DNA from: Marispirochaeta sp.
GTDB taxonomy: Bacteria > Spirochaetota > Spirochaetia > JC444 > Marispirochaetaceae
DNA length: 64,000 nt
Direction: 5' to 3'
NCBI GenBank assembly: GCA_963676835.2
Contig: CAXXFF010000002.1
Span: 1,504,001 to 1,568,000 of the forward strand
Every line of letters starts with the position of its first letter. Positions within the stretch are counted from its first letter, which is position 1. Below the pieces are notes generated by a model. It did not search any database and had not been told where the DNA came from. It worked only from the letters and a program-made list of their open reading frames with translations. Shown here one piece after another: positions 48,308-57,849 of the stretch. The position numbers and the translations under genes were made by a program.

Positions 48308-49003
48308 ATGATTAATGTTAAATTGTCCGCCCGGATAGCGGGAATCCTCTATCTGATTATTACCGTTGCCGCGGTAATAGCCCATTTCAAGGTTCCCGGA
48401 GCGCTGTTTGTTGACGGTGACCCTGCGGCAACCTTTGGAAATATTGAGGCCTCACCGTCAATGCTGAATATGGCAGTCGGGGCAGAGCTTGTGGTGCTTC
48501 TCAGCGAGGTTATTCTGTCGGTGCTGCTCTATTTTCTGTTTAAACCGGTAAGCCCCTTGCTGTCGGGTATCTCCGCTGTTTCCAGACTGACCATGACGGG
48601 GATTCATGGTATTAATCTGCTCAATTACTATTTCATATTTCAACTCGCAGGAAATCCCGAGTATGGAACTGTTTTCACCATTCCCCAACTGCAGCAGCTG
48701 ACAAGTCTGTTTATCGATGCCCACGGATATGGATTTACCCTCGGGGTTGTTTTTCTTTCTCTCCATGCTGTGCTTTTAGGCTATCTTATTTTTCGTTCCG
48801 GCTATTTTCCTAAAGTACTGGGAATCCTCTTCCTCATTGCCTCTGCCGGTTACCTTATTGACAGTCTCTCTCTGCTCTTTGTCCCGAGCTATGCCGTTAC
48901 ATCGGGATTTATTGCAGCACCTATTGTAATTGCAGAACTGGCATTTCCTTTATGGCTTCTGATAAGGGGCTTGAATATGCAAAAATGGCAGGAGCTGCAA
49001 TGA
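48308..49003 (+). CDS. DUF4386-like membrane protein
   Basis: ARIAGILYL, LFKPVS, RSGYFPKVLG, E..FPLWLLIRG. Confidence 0.8.
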   Translation: MINVKLSARIAGILYLIITVAAVIAHFKVPGALFVDGDPAATFGNIEASPSMLNMAVGAELVVLLSEVILSVLLYFLFKPVSPLLSGISAVSRLTMTGIHGINLLNYYFIFQLAGNPEYGTVFTIPQLQQLTSLFIDAHGYGFTLGVVFLSLHAVLLGYLIFRSGYFPKVLGILFLIASAGYLIDSLSLLFVPSYAVTSGFIAAPIVIAELAFPLWLLIRGLNMQKWQELQ

Positions 49004-49524
49004 AATATGCGGTTCTTTTACGGGGAATAAACGTGGGCAGCAGCAGCCCCAGGGTTGTAATGAAGGATCTTCGCGAAAGACTTGAGCAGGAGGGCTTTTC
49101 TGAGGTCTCTACCTATATAAACTCTGGAAATATTCTCCTCGATTCTTCTTTAAGCCGGGAAGAGGCTGCGGAGAATATCCGCCGTATTTTATATGACCTT
49201 TCCGGAGCGGAAATCCCTCTGCTGATAAAAACCGTGGATGATATGCGGGCTATTGCCGGAGCACTCCCGGAAAGCTGGCAGAACGACAAAGAGCAGAAAA
49301 GCGACGTGGCCTATCTGTTCCCGGAGATTGATTCGGAGGATACCATAGAGGAGCTTCCTCTAATTCTGGATTACCTTGATATCCGCTATGTTCCGGGAGC
49401 AATTATCTGGAATGTCAGCCGGGAAAATCAGAACAAAAGCCGTTTAAGTAAACTGGCTGGACATAAACTCTACAAGTTAATGACCATACGTAATGTAAAT
49501 ACCGCCCGTTTTCTGGCAGAATAG
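49000..49524 (+). CDS. DUF1697 family protein
   Basis: YAVLLRGINVG, TYINSGN, TIRNVNT; start at ATG 49000. Confidence 0.85.
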   Translation: MKYAVLLRGINVGSSSPRVVMKDLRERLEQEGFSEVSTYINSGNILLDSSLSREEAAENIRRILYDLSGAEIPLLIKTVDDMRAIAGALPESWQNDKEQKSDVAYLFPEIDSEDTIEELPLILDYLDIRYVPGAIIWNVSRENQNKSRLSKLAGHKLYKLMTIRNVNTARFLAE

Positions 49525-49529
49525 AACAT

Positions 49530-50309
49530 GTGAAGGCAATCAGCGACAAAGAACTCCTCTCCTGCTGGAATATGGTTTATAACATATCTCTCAATATGCT
49601 GCATAATCCTGCAGATGCAGAAGATGCTGTTCAGGAGATTTTTGAAAAAGCGGCAGAAGGGTTCTCATCTTTTAAAGGGCACTCAAAACTTTCCACCTGG
49701 ATCTACAGTATTGCCAGAAATCATCTGCTTGATATCAGGCGAAAAGGCTTCCGGGACCAAATTTCCTTTGAACTGTTTGAACACGATGTAACTCATTTTA
49801 AACCCTATGAGAATGAGCTCGGTTTCAATGAAGCTGAAGAGAAGATCTATATTGAACAGATAAAAAACGGTTGTACCCTTGCAATGCTGCAGTGTCTTGA
49901 TCCCGAAAGCAGGCTGATCTATATACTCTCCAACATTTTTGCTTTTTCCGGAAAAGATGCGGCGGAAATATGCGGGCTTCAGGAAGCTGCCTACAGAAAA
50001 AAACTCTCCCGGGCGAGAGCTGCTGTTTCAGGTTTTATGCAGAAAAACTGCGGTCTGCAGAACCCTGAAGCCTTCTGTTCCTGCGGTAAACGGATTCTCA
50101 TTGCCCAAGAAAGGGGGCGGGTGCAAAAGCATTTTCCGCCTCCTTCTTTCAAGCTGATCCGGGAGTGTACCGCAGAATTAAACGATCTCGATGCCTCCTC
50201 TGTGATATTCAGAAACAACTGGTTTTATGAACATTCGACGGATTTTGCAGAAAAGCTAACCTCCCGGTTCAAAATACTTTCCAGAAACCCTGCCGGTTTA
50301 TCCGATTAA
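49530..50309 (+). CDS. ECF sigma factor with Cys-containing C-terminal extension
   Basis: DAEDAVQE, STWIYSIARN, RKKLSRAR, CGLQNPEAFCSC. Confidence 0.82.
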   Translation: MKAISDKELLSCWNMVYNISLNMLHNPADAEDAVQEIFEKAAEGFSSFKGHSKLSTWIYSIARNHLLDIRRKGFRDQISFELFEHDVTHFKPYENELGFNEAEEKIYIEQIKNGCTLAMLQCLDPESRLIYILSNIFAFSGKDAAEICGLQEAAYRKKLSRARAAVSGFMQKNCGLQNPEAFCSCGKRILIAQERGRVQKHFPPPSFKLIRECTAELNDLDASSVIFRNNWFYEHSTDFAEKLTSRFKILSRNPAGLSD

Positions 50310-50615
50310 CAGCCCTTCAATCATTCCCAGTAAGCCTCCTAAAATAATAGTTGTCACGATTATCTGTGGGAGTGCTCTCTTGTCCAGTCTGAAAATCAGA
50401 AAACTTAAGGGAAGGAGAATCATAACGGCCAGGCATATTCCGTTCAGCCAGGGGATAGGAAAAATCACTGCCTTGTAAACAAGGATGCCGCTGACAAGCC
50501 ACATGCAGAACGCGGAAAGGATAAACAGGGGGTCAAGTTTTTTTATAAGCATGGGAATACAATCAAGAATTCCAGCGGCTGCTCCTGCAGCGATGGCTAT
50601 AACAAATTGGTTCAT
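50298..50615 (-). CDS. Small hypothetical membrane protein
   Basis: Four hydrophobic segments, AGILDCIPM; AGGAG RBS. Confidence 0.7.
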   Translation of the reverse strand: MNQFVIAIAAGAAAGILDCIPMLIKKLDPLFILSAFCMWLVSGILVYKAVIFPIPWLNGICLAVMILLPLSFLIFRLDKRALPQIIVTTIILGGLLGMIEGLLIG

Positions 50616-50715
50616 GAAGAACTCCTTGTGATGGTTGTACTATATTAGACGTTGTCTGGATGAAATTGTGACAAGAAAACTGTTTATTCAGGGAATTATC
50701 TGCTTTAATGAAAAG

Positions 50716-51852
50716 ATGGAAAATTGGGATCATCTTTTAAGTCTTATCCTGTTTGTAATAATGGTTTTGTTTATCGTATATTGTAGAGCTGGATTGACCT
50801 CTTCAGAAGAAGCATCTCTGCAACTGCCGTCCATCCGGCAGCTGCGAAGTCTGACCTCTAGGGCGGTTAAAGGTCATTACATCATCTTTTTCATAATTCC
50901 TGTTTTGTTTTTTCTGCTGGGATTATCTGTTTTTGTCTTTCAGATACATCAATACAGCAAATATGGCCTTCTTGAAGAGACTTCAGGGTTCATATTTTCA
51001 AATCCTTTTTCCGGTAAGACTTTACAGGATATTTTTCTCCAGCTTTATTCTGACCTTCCCGGAGCCTGTAGTTTTTTCAGATTCTTTTCCTATTTTAATC
51101 CCCTGTTTGTTTTTATATTTCCACTTTTTGTATTGAAAAAGACTGGAATCCGGAGGGGGAGAAATTATCTTACAGCCTTTATTGTTACCGGTCTGATAAT
51201 CGCCGGAGTTTTGATTTCAATCTATTTTAGTGACAGCCTGTTCGGGACTGTTCTAAAGATTCTTCATGTATGTCTGGATATAATGCAGCATTATTTTACT
51301 GCCTACCTTTATGGTTATCTCATGGCCATGCTTTTTACATTGCTTGAGGGACGGGATCCGGATATGGAGGCATGTCATTTCCGGGCGGATCGGGCCTTAA
51401 CTTCGGTTTTTACTGTTATGCTTCTGTTTACTTGTGCAACTTCTTTCGAAACATATGTACGGCGCTTTATACCGTCTTTCAGCCCTGGATTCGCTATGAG
51501 CAGAACTCTTTTTACTTTTATTTTACAACTCTGGTATCTCATTCTTATCCCTAGGCTTATTCTTACAGGAAATTCAATCCGGCGGGAGATGTTTGAGACG
51601 GCAGTACTGGTAAAAAATAAAGGGATGGTTCTTGTTAAACCTTTTATTATTATGGTCATAATAAATATTCTGCTCACATATCTGTTCAGGGCATTTACGG
51701 TTACCTTCGCTGTTCCCGGGATTTTTCTGCTTATGCGTAAAGTTCTCTATTTTGTATTCTACTTTCCTTTGTCGATGTTCATGGTTAATTATCTTGTATC
51801 CTGTATACACGCTGTGAGTAAGGATGAAGGGACTGTAATAGCTGCGGATTAA
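50716..51852 (+). CDS. Hypothetical polytopic membrane protein
   Basis: Long hydrophobic ORF; start at 50716 preferred (TG-C-TTTAAT element 6 nt upstream). Confidence 0.6.
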   Translation: MENWDHLLSLILFVIMVLFIVYCRAGLTSSEEASLQLPSIRQLRSLTSRAVKGHYIIFFIIPVLFFLLGLSVFVFQIHQYSKYGLLEETSGFIFSNPFSGKTLQDIFLQLYSDLPGACSFFRFFSYFNPLFVFIFPLFVLKKTGIRRGRNYLTAFIVTGLIIAGVLISIYFSDSLFGTVLKILHVCLDIMQHYFTAYLYGYLMAMLFTLLEGRDPDMEACHFRADRALTSVFTVMLLFTCATSFETYVRRFIPSFSPGFAMSRTLFTFILQLWYLILIPRLILTGNSIRREMFETAVLVKNKGMVLVKPFIIMVIINILLTYLFRAFTVTFAVPGIFLLMRKVLYFVFYFPLSMFMVNYLVSCIHAVSKDEGTVIAAD

Positions 51853-51875
51853 CATATTTCTCACAGATTCTGCCG

Positions 51876-52160
51876 GTGACAATCATCCTTCAGCAGTTTA
51901 CAGTAATACATCACTTCCTACTCGCATTCGCCCTGATAATGGAAGTTCCCATGATGATGATTCTTCTCTCCCGAACCCTCAAGTACCGGCTAAACAGACT
52001 CCTTAATATGGTTTTCGGATTGGTTCTGATTCTAATCCAGGCAGGTTCACTGGGCGTTGGAGGGGTTACACTTCACTATGTTTTTTTCAGCGAAATTGAG
52101 ATTTTTATCTGTCTGGTTATTGTTATAACCGCCGCAAGATGGAGACCGGAGCATGTGTAA
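51876..52160 (+). pseudogene. Probable 5'-truncated DUF6326-like membrane protein
   Basis: FLLAFALIMEVPMMMILLSRTL.Y..NR..N and HYVFFS.IE match the C-terminal half of the family; the N-terminal half is not seen. Confidence 0.5.
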
Positions 52161-52319
52161 AGACCTTATTTATCCATAAAATCTATAATCTCCAGTAAGT
52201 GTGCCGTGAGATCCATTCATTTTTTCTGCTGTTTTATTAATTACAGTATTCATTATTGATAGTTAACTCATTACACTCAAATTATTTAGTACCATGTCAA
52301 CTAAATTTTCTCAAAAAAT

Positions 52320-52370
52320 TTGACAAAGCATATCCCGTTACAAATAATTCTTAGTACGGATTCGTACTAA
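52320..52370 (+). promoter_or_regulatory. Sigma70 promoter and palindromic operator of the three-paralog operon
   Basis: TTGACA (52320-52325), 17-bp spacer, AATAAT (52343-52348); TTAGTACG-GATT-CGTACTAA at 52351-52370. Confidence 0.7.
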
Positions 52371-52401
52371 AAATCTATTTCTGTAGATCAGGAGGATTTG
52401 C

Positions 52402-53097
52402 ATGGACAAAGAACAAGAAAAGGTTATCGAGGAAGCTTGGAGCAAAGAGTCGATAATGGATGTAGAGATAAACATCATTGAACGGATGATTGGTTGTAGA
52501 ACCATTGAAGCCGTTGAAGCAGCAATAAGCTATGCACGCTTTCTGCGCTTGTCTGGACTGAACAATGATAATTATCCACTATTTTTACGCCTGCTTGAGG
52601 TGGAAAATCACTGGGTTATTGACTCCCTTATCGGAGACAAGGATCCCTTCCTGCTCCTCAGCTCAATTCACCCTAATAACTATGTGATTTTGAGCGCATT
52701 TAAACTGCTTACCAACTGGCACCCCGGGGGAATCTATCCGAAGACCCTGGCGATTATTCTGGGCGTTCTGCAGGCGAGCTACAGCTCTCCGAAAGACGGT
52801 TACAGGATCTACAACACCAGTATCAACGACGTTAACAACCTGGGAAAACACCTGAACAAGGAACTTGGACAGGATGATCCCAATAACCGTTGTATCCTGG
52901 ATATCCTCGACCGTCTTGGCTCTCTGGCCGGAACCACTGAGAATTCCAGTATCGAGCAGATGGCCCGTCAGTCTAACAGTATCAGAACCTTCTTCTTCGA
53001 CAAGAGGAAAAAGATGGAAGATATTATTCCTCAGGTACTGTTGGTCAAGTCTGACTACATCGCAAAAGAGATCGCCCCGGACAAGGTCTTCGCATAA
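52402..53097 (+). CDS. Unknown-family protein, paralog 1 of 5
   Basis: AGGAGG RBS; aligns end to end with 53116, 53972, 58760 and 61433. Confidence 0.9.
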   Translation: MDKEQEKVIEEAWSKESIMDVEINIIERMIGCRTIEAVEAAISYARFLRLSGLNNDNYPLFLRLLEVENHWVIDSLIGDKDPFLLLSSIHPNNYVILSAFKLLTNWHPGGIYPKTLAIILGVLQASYSSPKDGYRIYNTSINDVNNLGKHLNKELGQDDPNNRCILDILDRLGSLAGTTENSSIEQMARQSNSIRTFFFDKRKKMEDIIPQVLLVKSDYIAKEIAPDKVFA

Positions 53098-53115
53098 GGG
53101 CAAGGAGAGCTTAAT

Positions 53116-53907
53116 ATGAAAGAACTTTTCGAAAAGAAACAAACATGGACACAGACCGACATTGCAAGCATTGAATACAGCCTCTTAAAAGGACTTATGG
53201 GCTGTAGAACCATGGAAGCCGTAGAGTCAGCATTGACCTATGCAAACTATCTTAACAGCATTGGAATTACCAGCAGCAATTATCCCATATTTCTGAAGGT
53301 CCTCGGAGTGCGTAATCACTTTGTTATAGATGCCCTTCTGGGAACCCGGGATCCCTTCCTGTTTATGAGTTCCATTCAGCCCAACTACTTTATTGTGGCT
53401 ACCTGTTTCAGTTTTCTGGCGAAATATCATCCCGCAGAAATCTATTCAAAGACTCTTGGAATTATTCTGGGCGTTTTTCAGGCTGCCTTCAGCAATCCTC
53501 TGGATGGATACAACATTTATCCCCCTACAATTGCGGATGTTAACAGTCTTGGTAAGCACCTCATCGAAGAAAAAGGTCAGGATGACCTCTTAAACAGAAG
53601 TATCCTCGATATCCTGGATAAGATTTCCGAACTGGAAGGACAGGGTAAGGACGAAGAGATGGAAGATCTGGCAGTTCATGCTCATAACATCCGCAACAAC
53701 TTCTTCGATTCCACAAAACATCTTGTACAGGTTATACCCGATGTGCTGCTTAAATCCGAAGTAAACCTTGATCCCGAGGTTGAACCCCGTAAACAGCAGC
53801 CCCTCGCAGATGTGGAAAAGAGTGCTCCTAAGAAGGCGGCGGCAGCAGCGGCTCCCAAGGAAGCGGCCAAGGCAGCTCCTAAAGAAGACGAAAAGGCTGA
53901 AAAATAA
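53116..53907 (+). CDS. Unknown-family protein, paralog 2 of 5, with Ala/Lys/Pro-rich tail
   Basis: AAGGAG RBS; shares GCRT.EAVE, NYP.FL, DPFL, GKHL and IP.VLL with paralog 1; tail KSAPKKAAAAAAPKEAAKAAPKE. Confidence 0.9.
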   Translation: MKELFEKKQTWTQTDIASIEYSLLKGLMGCRTMEAVESALTYANYLNSIGITSSNYPIFLKVLGVRNHFVIDALLGTRDPFLFMSSIQPNYFIVATCFSFLAKYHPAEIYSKTLGIILGVFQAAFSNPLDGYNIYPPTIADVNSLGKHLIEEKGQDDLLNRSILDILDKISELEGQGKDEEMEDLAVHAHNIRNNFFDSTKHLVQVIPDVLLKSEVNLDPEVEPRKQQPLADVEKSAPKKAAAAAAPKEAAKAAPKEDEKAEK

Positions 53908-53918
53908 TCACACGTCAG

Positions 53919-53953
53919 CAGCAGGACTGGAGGCTACGCTGCCAGTCCTGTTG
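53919..53953 (+). promoter_or_regulatory. Intercistronic hairpin (mRNA-stabilising or attenuating)
   Basis: CAGCAGGACTGG-N11-CCAGTCCTGTTG with no strong U-tract, between paralogs 2 and 3. Confidence 0.55.
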
Positions 53954-53971
53954 TAGGTAAGGAGAGTACCA

Positions 53972-54652
53972 ATGATGCGATGGGAAGAATCTGGTTGGGA
54001 TCAGGAAGATCTTGATAAACTGGAGCTGTCCTTTCTCAACAGAATTTTCAAACTGGAAGAATCTCAGGGTGTTGCAGCTACTGTCACCTTTGCTCGGTAC
54101 TTGAATATGGTTGGAGTGAATCCGGATAATTATCCGATCTTCTTCAGGCTGATTGCCATGAGGAATCACTGGATTGTGGATGCTATTCTCGGAAAAACAG
54201 ATCCGGAAGAGTATTTTATCAATATCCAGCCAAATTTTTATATAATCCGGGAGTGTTTTCGGGGAATAACCGAAGTAAAACGCGGCGGTATCTATCCAAA
54301 GAGTCTGCAGATATACCTCGGTATTCTCAGGAGAACCTACAGTAATCCTCTTGAAGGATACCGTGTATTTCCTCTTGATACCGTTAACTGTAATAATCTG
54401 GGAAAACATCTTAATGAAGAAAAAGACCAGAAAGATCCTTTAAACCTGGATATTCTGACAATTCTTGACAAGGTTGCCTCCCTCATAAGTCCGGGTAAAC
54501 CCGAAAGCGATGAGGCGATTATCAGTGTGGCAACGCAGGCGAATAATATTCGCGGCAAATTCCTTGATATGACCAAGTCTCTCAATGAGGCTATCCCTGA
54601 TCTTTTGCTGGAAGTGGAAGATTATACGAAGCTGGAAATCAGTCCCGAATAA
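53972..54652 (+). CDS. Unknown-family protein, paralog 3 of 5
   Basis: AAGGAG RBS; FARYL, NYPIF, NHWIVD, GGIYPK, NPLEGY, NNLGKHL, IPDLLL. Confidence 0.9.
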   Translation: MMRWEESGWDQEDLDKLELSFLNRIFKLEESQGVAATVTFARYLNMVGVNPDNYPIFFRLIAMRNHWIVDAILGKTDPEEYFINIQPNFYIIRECFRGITEVKRGGIYPKSLQIYLGILRRTYSNPLEGYRVFPLDTVNCNNLGKHLNEEKDQKDPLNLDILTILDKVASLISPGKPESDEAIISVATQANNIRGKFLDMTKSLNEAIPDLLLEVEDYTKLEISPE

Positions 54653-54687
54653 TAACAAGACACTGCTGTACCAGCAGCACAACATTG

Positions 54688-54723
54688 AAAGCCCGGAGTG
54701 TAGTAGATGCTCCGGGTTTTTTT
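54688..54723 (+). terminator. Intrinsic terminator of the paralog operon
   Basis: AAAGCCCGGAGTGT-AGTAG-ATGCTCCGGGTTTTTTT. Confidence 0.8.
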
Positions 54724-54833
54724 ATGTCCATGTATTTTTGTTGCTGCGTCTGTTTCTTTAACTGTCGGGAGGAGAAGAGCAGCGCAGGTGTTAAATAGCA
54801 AGTTGAAATAAAGCTGAAGTTTTCGTGGGGTTC

Positions 54834-56906
54834 TTATTTTCTGAAGGGGCTGGTTACCCTGCGGATAACCTTTTTTACAAAATGTCTTAACCGGGCGAAA
54901 AAGCCCTGCTTTTCTGATATATCGGCGCTTGGCCGCGGTTGATCAACCGTCGGGGGCAATATGGAATCCTTATCTGCAAGCTCTTTTTCGGTGGTACTGC
55001 CTTGTTCAGTTATGTTTTCCGACAGATCCGGATTGGAGCCGCTGCCGGATACTGATTCAAGTCTACCCTGTCGCGTTGTTCCGGAATCTGAAGATTCCAT
55101 GCCCTTATCGGAGGCATCTGAAACACCTCCGGGAACTGTATCCAAATTCCGGTCTTCCCGCTTTTTTCCTGCCCGGTTATGCAGGTCTCCTGTAATTAAC
55201 TGATCTTCATCGGCAGTATGTTCTTCGGGATTCGTACGCTCTGTATTGATTTCGCCATTTTTATACGCGCTTCCCTCGCCTAATCCGCCTTCTCCTTCAA
55301 GGTCGAGAAACTCCCCGGTCAGATCCGGCGTTCCTTCGCCGAACAGATACTCAGCACCGGCTTCAGCTTTACGCTGGGCAAAGCCCGGGTGGCGGTAAGT
55401 CTCTCTGTCCTGCTCTCTGTATTCTTTATCAGGATTCTCTGCGGTGTTGCGCTTGGTATTTTCTTTCGGTTCTTCAGCCTTTTTGCCCGGTCTGTTTTGT
55501 GCCAGGGGTTTCGGCTGACCATTGTCTTGTGCACGTCGGTTCTTATCGATAGGCAGCATGGGAGCTGACCGCTTTTCTCTCTTCTGTTGAGTATTTTCGT
55601 TGCCCACCAGCCTGCCGGTAAGACCGCTGAAATGGTCCTGAAGCCGGCGAAGAACCTCTGCCACTCTGTTGCGGCGGGCTTCCTTATCGGTATCAGGTTC
55701 ATGGAGGCTTCCTGTTATTCCCGGAGTACTGCCTGAGTCTGCTGGTGTTTTCCCTGCAGTGTTTGGCGGAAGAGGTTCCAGTTCATCCTCCAGGGGCATA
55801 AGCAGTTCCGGTTCATCGGAGGTACTGTAGCCGGGCTTATTCTTTCTGGTTTTTCCGGGTAGCTTTTTTCCACGTATAAGCCGCTGAAATGCGGAAACTA
55901 CACGGCTGATAAAGCCTTCACGCTCCGGCGGAGGGGAGACCCCCTCGGGATAAAAGTTCCCGTCCGGTGATGGGGTATGCTGAACTCGTTCAACAGCAGG
56001 GCGGAGAAGGGGTACCGGCGTCTCCGGCGGTGTAAAGTCCTCTTCGCTGGAGATTGTTTCTCCACTGCGTATCCGTTTAAGAATATCAGAGAAGTCCCGT
56101 GCTTCCAGCCTTGCCTTGGCATGCTCATTAAGGTGGTCAATCAGCTCCTTCTCCGGGTGGATTTTTACTATGGTGTTAAGTGCTTCCTCTATGGATGCCA
56201 CTGATTTCGGATTCCTGGCTGTTTTTTGGGCTATTTCAAGAATAGTTGCCTTCTGTTCAGGATCGCCGTCACTTTCCGGTACCAGCTGGAGGAGTTCCAG
56301 GGTAATTACGGATACCGCATAGAGATCCCGCCAGGGCCCTTCAGGGTATTTTTCCGCAGAAAGATAATAGGGTTTTATTTTCTGCACATACCGGCCTTCC
56401 GGAAAAGCATCCACAAAGAGGGATACCCCGATGTTGCGCAGTTTTATACGTCCATATTCAATGTTCGCGTCGGGAACAACTATTGCCCGGGGAGAGAGAC
56501 TGTTGTGATGAATCCCCGCCTGTTCGAGGCTATAGAGTCCTCTCAGCAGAAAAATAATAATATTCATTACCTGGTCAAAGCTGACAATCAGTCCCTTATC
56601 CATCACCTGCCGCAGGGAGTATCCTTCTATCCAGTTAGAAGCCATAAACCGGGTATTTTCGTAGCTGCTGTATTCAAAAGGGGCAAGAATATAGGAGTTG
56701 TCAAAGTTATAAATACGGAAAAACAGATCCTCAAAACTCTGTAGAACCTTTGCCGGTGGGTCATTCTTGAGAAAGTTAAAAAATGAGATGGAAAAATTAT
56801 TGGGAGAATACATGGCCTTAGCCCGCCATGTAGAGAAAATTTCATTCTCTCCCAGATTTTCCTGCAGCAGATAACAGTTATTAATCGGTTTTCCAATAAA
56901 TTCCAT
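54834..56906 (-). CDS. Hanks-type pseudokinase with a long disordered tail and amphipathic helices
   Basis: Kinase-like segments YLLQENLG, WIEGYSL, GIHHNSLSPRAI, IKLRNIG, RDLYAV with catalytic residues replaced; C-terminus KQGFFARLRHFVKKVIRR; start placed at ATG 56906. Confidence 0.78.
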   Translation of the reverse strand: MEFIGKPINNCYLLQENLGENEIFSTWRAKAMYSPNNFSISFFNFLKNDPPAKVLQSFEDLFFRIYNFDNSYILAPFEYSSYENTRFMASNWIEGYSLRQVMDKGLIVSFDQVMNIIIFLLRGLYSLEQAGIHHNSLSPRAIVVPDANIEYGRIKLRNIGVSLFVDAFPEGRYVQKIKPYYLSAEKYPEGPWRDLYAVSVITLELLQLVPESDGDPEQKATILEIAQKTARNPKSVASIEEALNTIVKIHPEKELIDHLNEHAKARLEARDFSDILKRIRSGETISSEEDFTPPETPVPLLRPAVERVQHTPSPDGNFYPEGVSPPPEREGFISRVVSAFQRLIRGKKLPGKTRKNKPGYSTSDEPELLMPLEDELEPLPPNTAGKTPADSGSTPGITGSLHEPDTDKEARRNRVAEVLRRLQDHFSGLTGRLVGNENTQQKREKRSAPMLPIDKNRRAQDNGQPKPLAQNRPGKKAEEPKENTKRNTAENPDKEYREQDRETYRHPGFAQRKAEAGAEYLFGEGTPDLTGEFLDLEGEGGLGEGSAYKNGEINTERTNPEEHTADEDQLITGDLHNRAGKKREDRNLDTVPGGVSDASDKGMESSDSGTTRQGRLESVSGSGSNPDLSENITEQGSTTEKELADKDSILPPTVDQPRPSADISEKQGFFARLRHFVKKVIRRVTSPFRK

Positions 56907-56919
56907 AGTATCCGCTGCT

Positions 56920-57849
56920 TCAGGTTTTCTTTTTATAATAGTCCAGGAAAGACTGACCCATGCCGGAATATCTGTCGTCAACTTCCTGCTGCTTTGCAGT
57001 ATCCCGCGGGGTAAACCACTTGCGAAAATACTCCACCAGGTATTCCATGCGGTACATCACATTGGCGGTAATTTTTTCCGCCACTTTTTTTTCATCATCA
57101 AATATGCTGCAGGAAAATACCTGAAGACAGATATCGTATATTTTCTCCCGGGATATGCTGGACATAAGGGTGAGTCTCTGGTCGAAGTCTTCGATGGAGA
57201 GGGCATTGAAATTGTCCGGTTTCAGCAGGGTCAGGAATCTGGTTTTCTCTTCACGGTGCCAGCCGAACTTGTCTTCCAGACCGAATATCTTCATGCCCTC
57301 TGTTTCAAGGTCTGCTTTGTTGTAATCTATTACCACGATAAAGGGTTCGCCGTCGGTATCGTGTTTGATCAGATAATTGTTGGGGTTGCGGTCCTCATCA
57401 AAGAAAAGCCAGCGGTTAAGCAGATCATTGGCCAGCATCTTAATGTAGGGCTCCTGAAGGTAGTTATAGCTTCCAATCTGCATGGCGCTTGGAATCTGTT
57501 TCGTGGCACGGTAGAGGGTCTCTCCGTGACGATAGACAACAGTTGGAGCAGCGGGAGTCTTCAGAAGAAAATCAATATAAAAGGCTATTTCCTGTATTTT
57601 ATGTTCCGGCCCTTCTGCTGCTGATATTTCCTTGAGCAGCCAGGAGGCGCCGTCATCATCCAGTGCGCCGGTATATCCCCGTACCTTTGCAAAGAAGGGA
57701 ACCAGTTCATCATCACCGATATCGGAAAGCTGAAGACTGCACATACTGGTAATAAGCTCTTCAATGGAAAGATCCAGATAGAGGGTCTCCCTGAAACCGG
57801 GATCCTTAACTGTGTCGGCAATCAGCATGTTGGTGTTTTTCTCAGACAT
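56920..57849 (-). CDS. Atypical kinase (HipA/PI3K-like catalytic motifs)
   Basis: WLLKE, FDEDRNPNNYLI, VVIDYN; overlaps the phosphatase stop codon. Confidence 0.7.
   Translation of the reverse strand: MSEKNTNMLIADTVKDPGFRETLYLDLSIEELITSMCSLQLSDIGDDELVPFFAKVRGYTGALDDDGASWLLKEISAAEGPEHKIQEIAFYIDFLLKTPAAPTVVYRHGETLYRATKQIPSAMQIGSYNYLQEPYIKMLANDLLNRWLFFDEDRNPNNYLIKHDTDGEPFIVVIDYNKADLETEGMKIFGLEDKFGWHREEKTRFLTLLKPDNFNALSIEDFDQRLTLMSSISREKIYDICLQVFSCSIFDDEKKVAEKITANVMYRMEYLVEYFRKWFTPRDTAKQQEVDDRYSGMGQSFLDYYKKKT

Noticed and set aside
56920..57849. HipBA toxin-antitoxin module
   Set aside because: No adjacent HTH antitoxin; the neighbours are a phosphatase and a pseudokinase.
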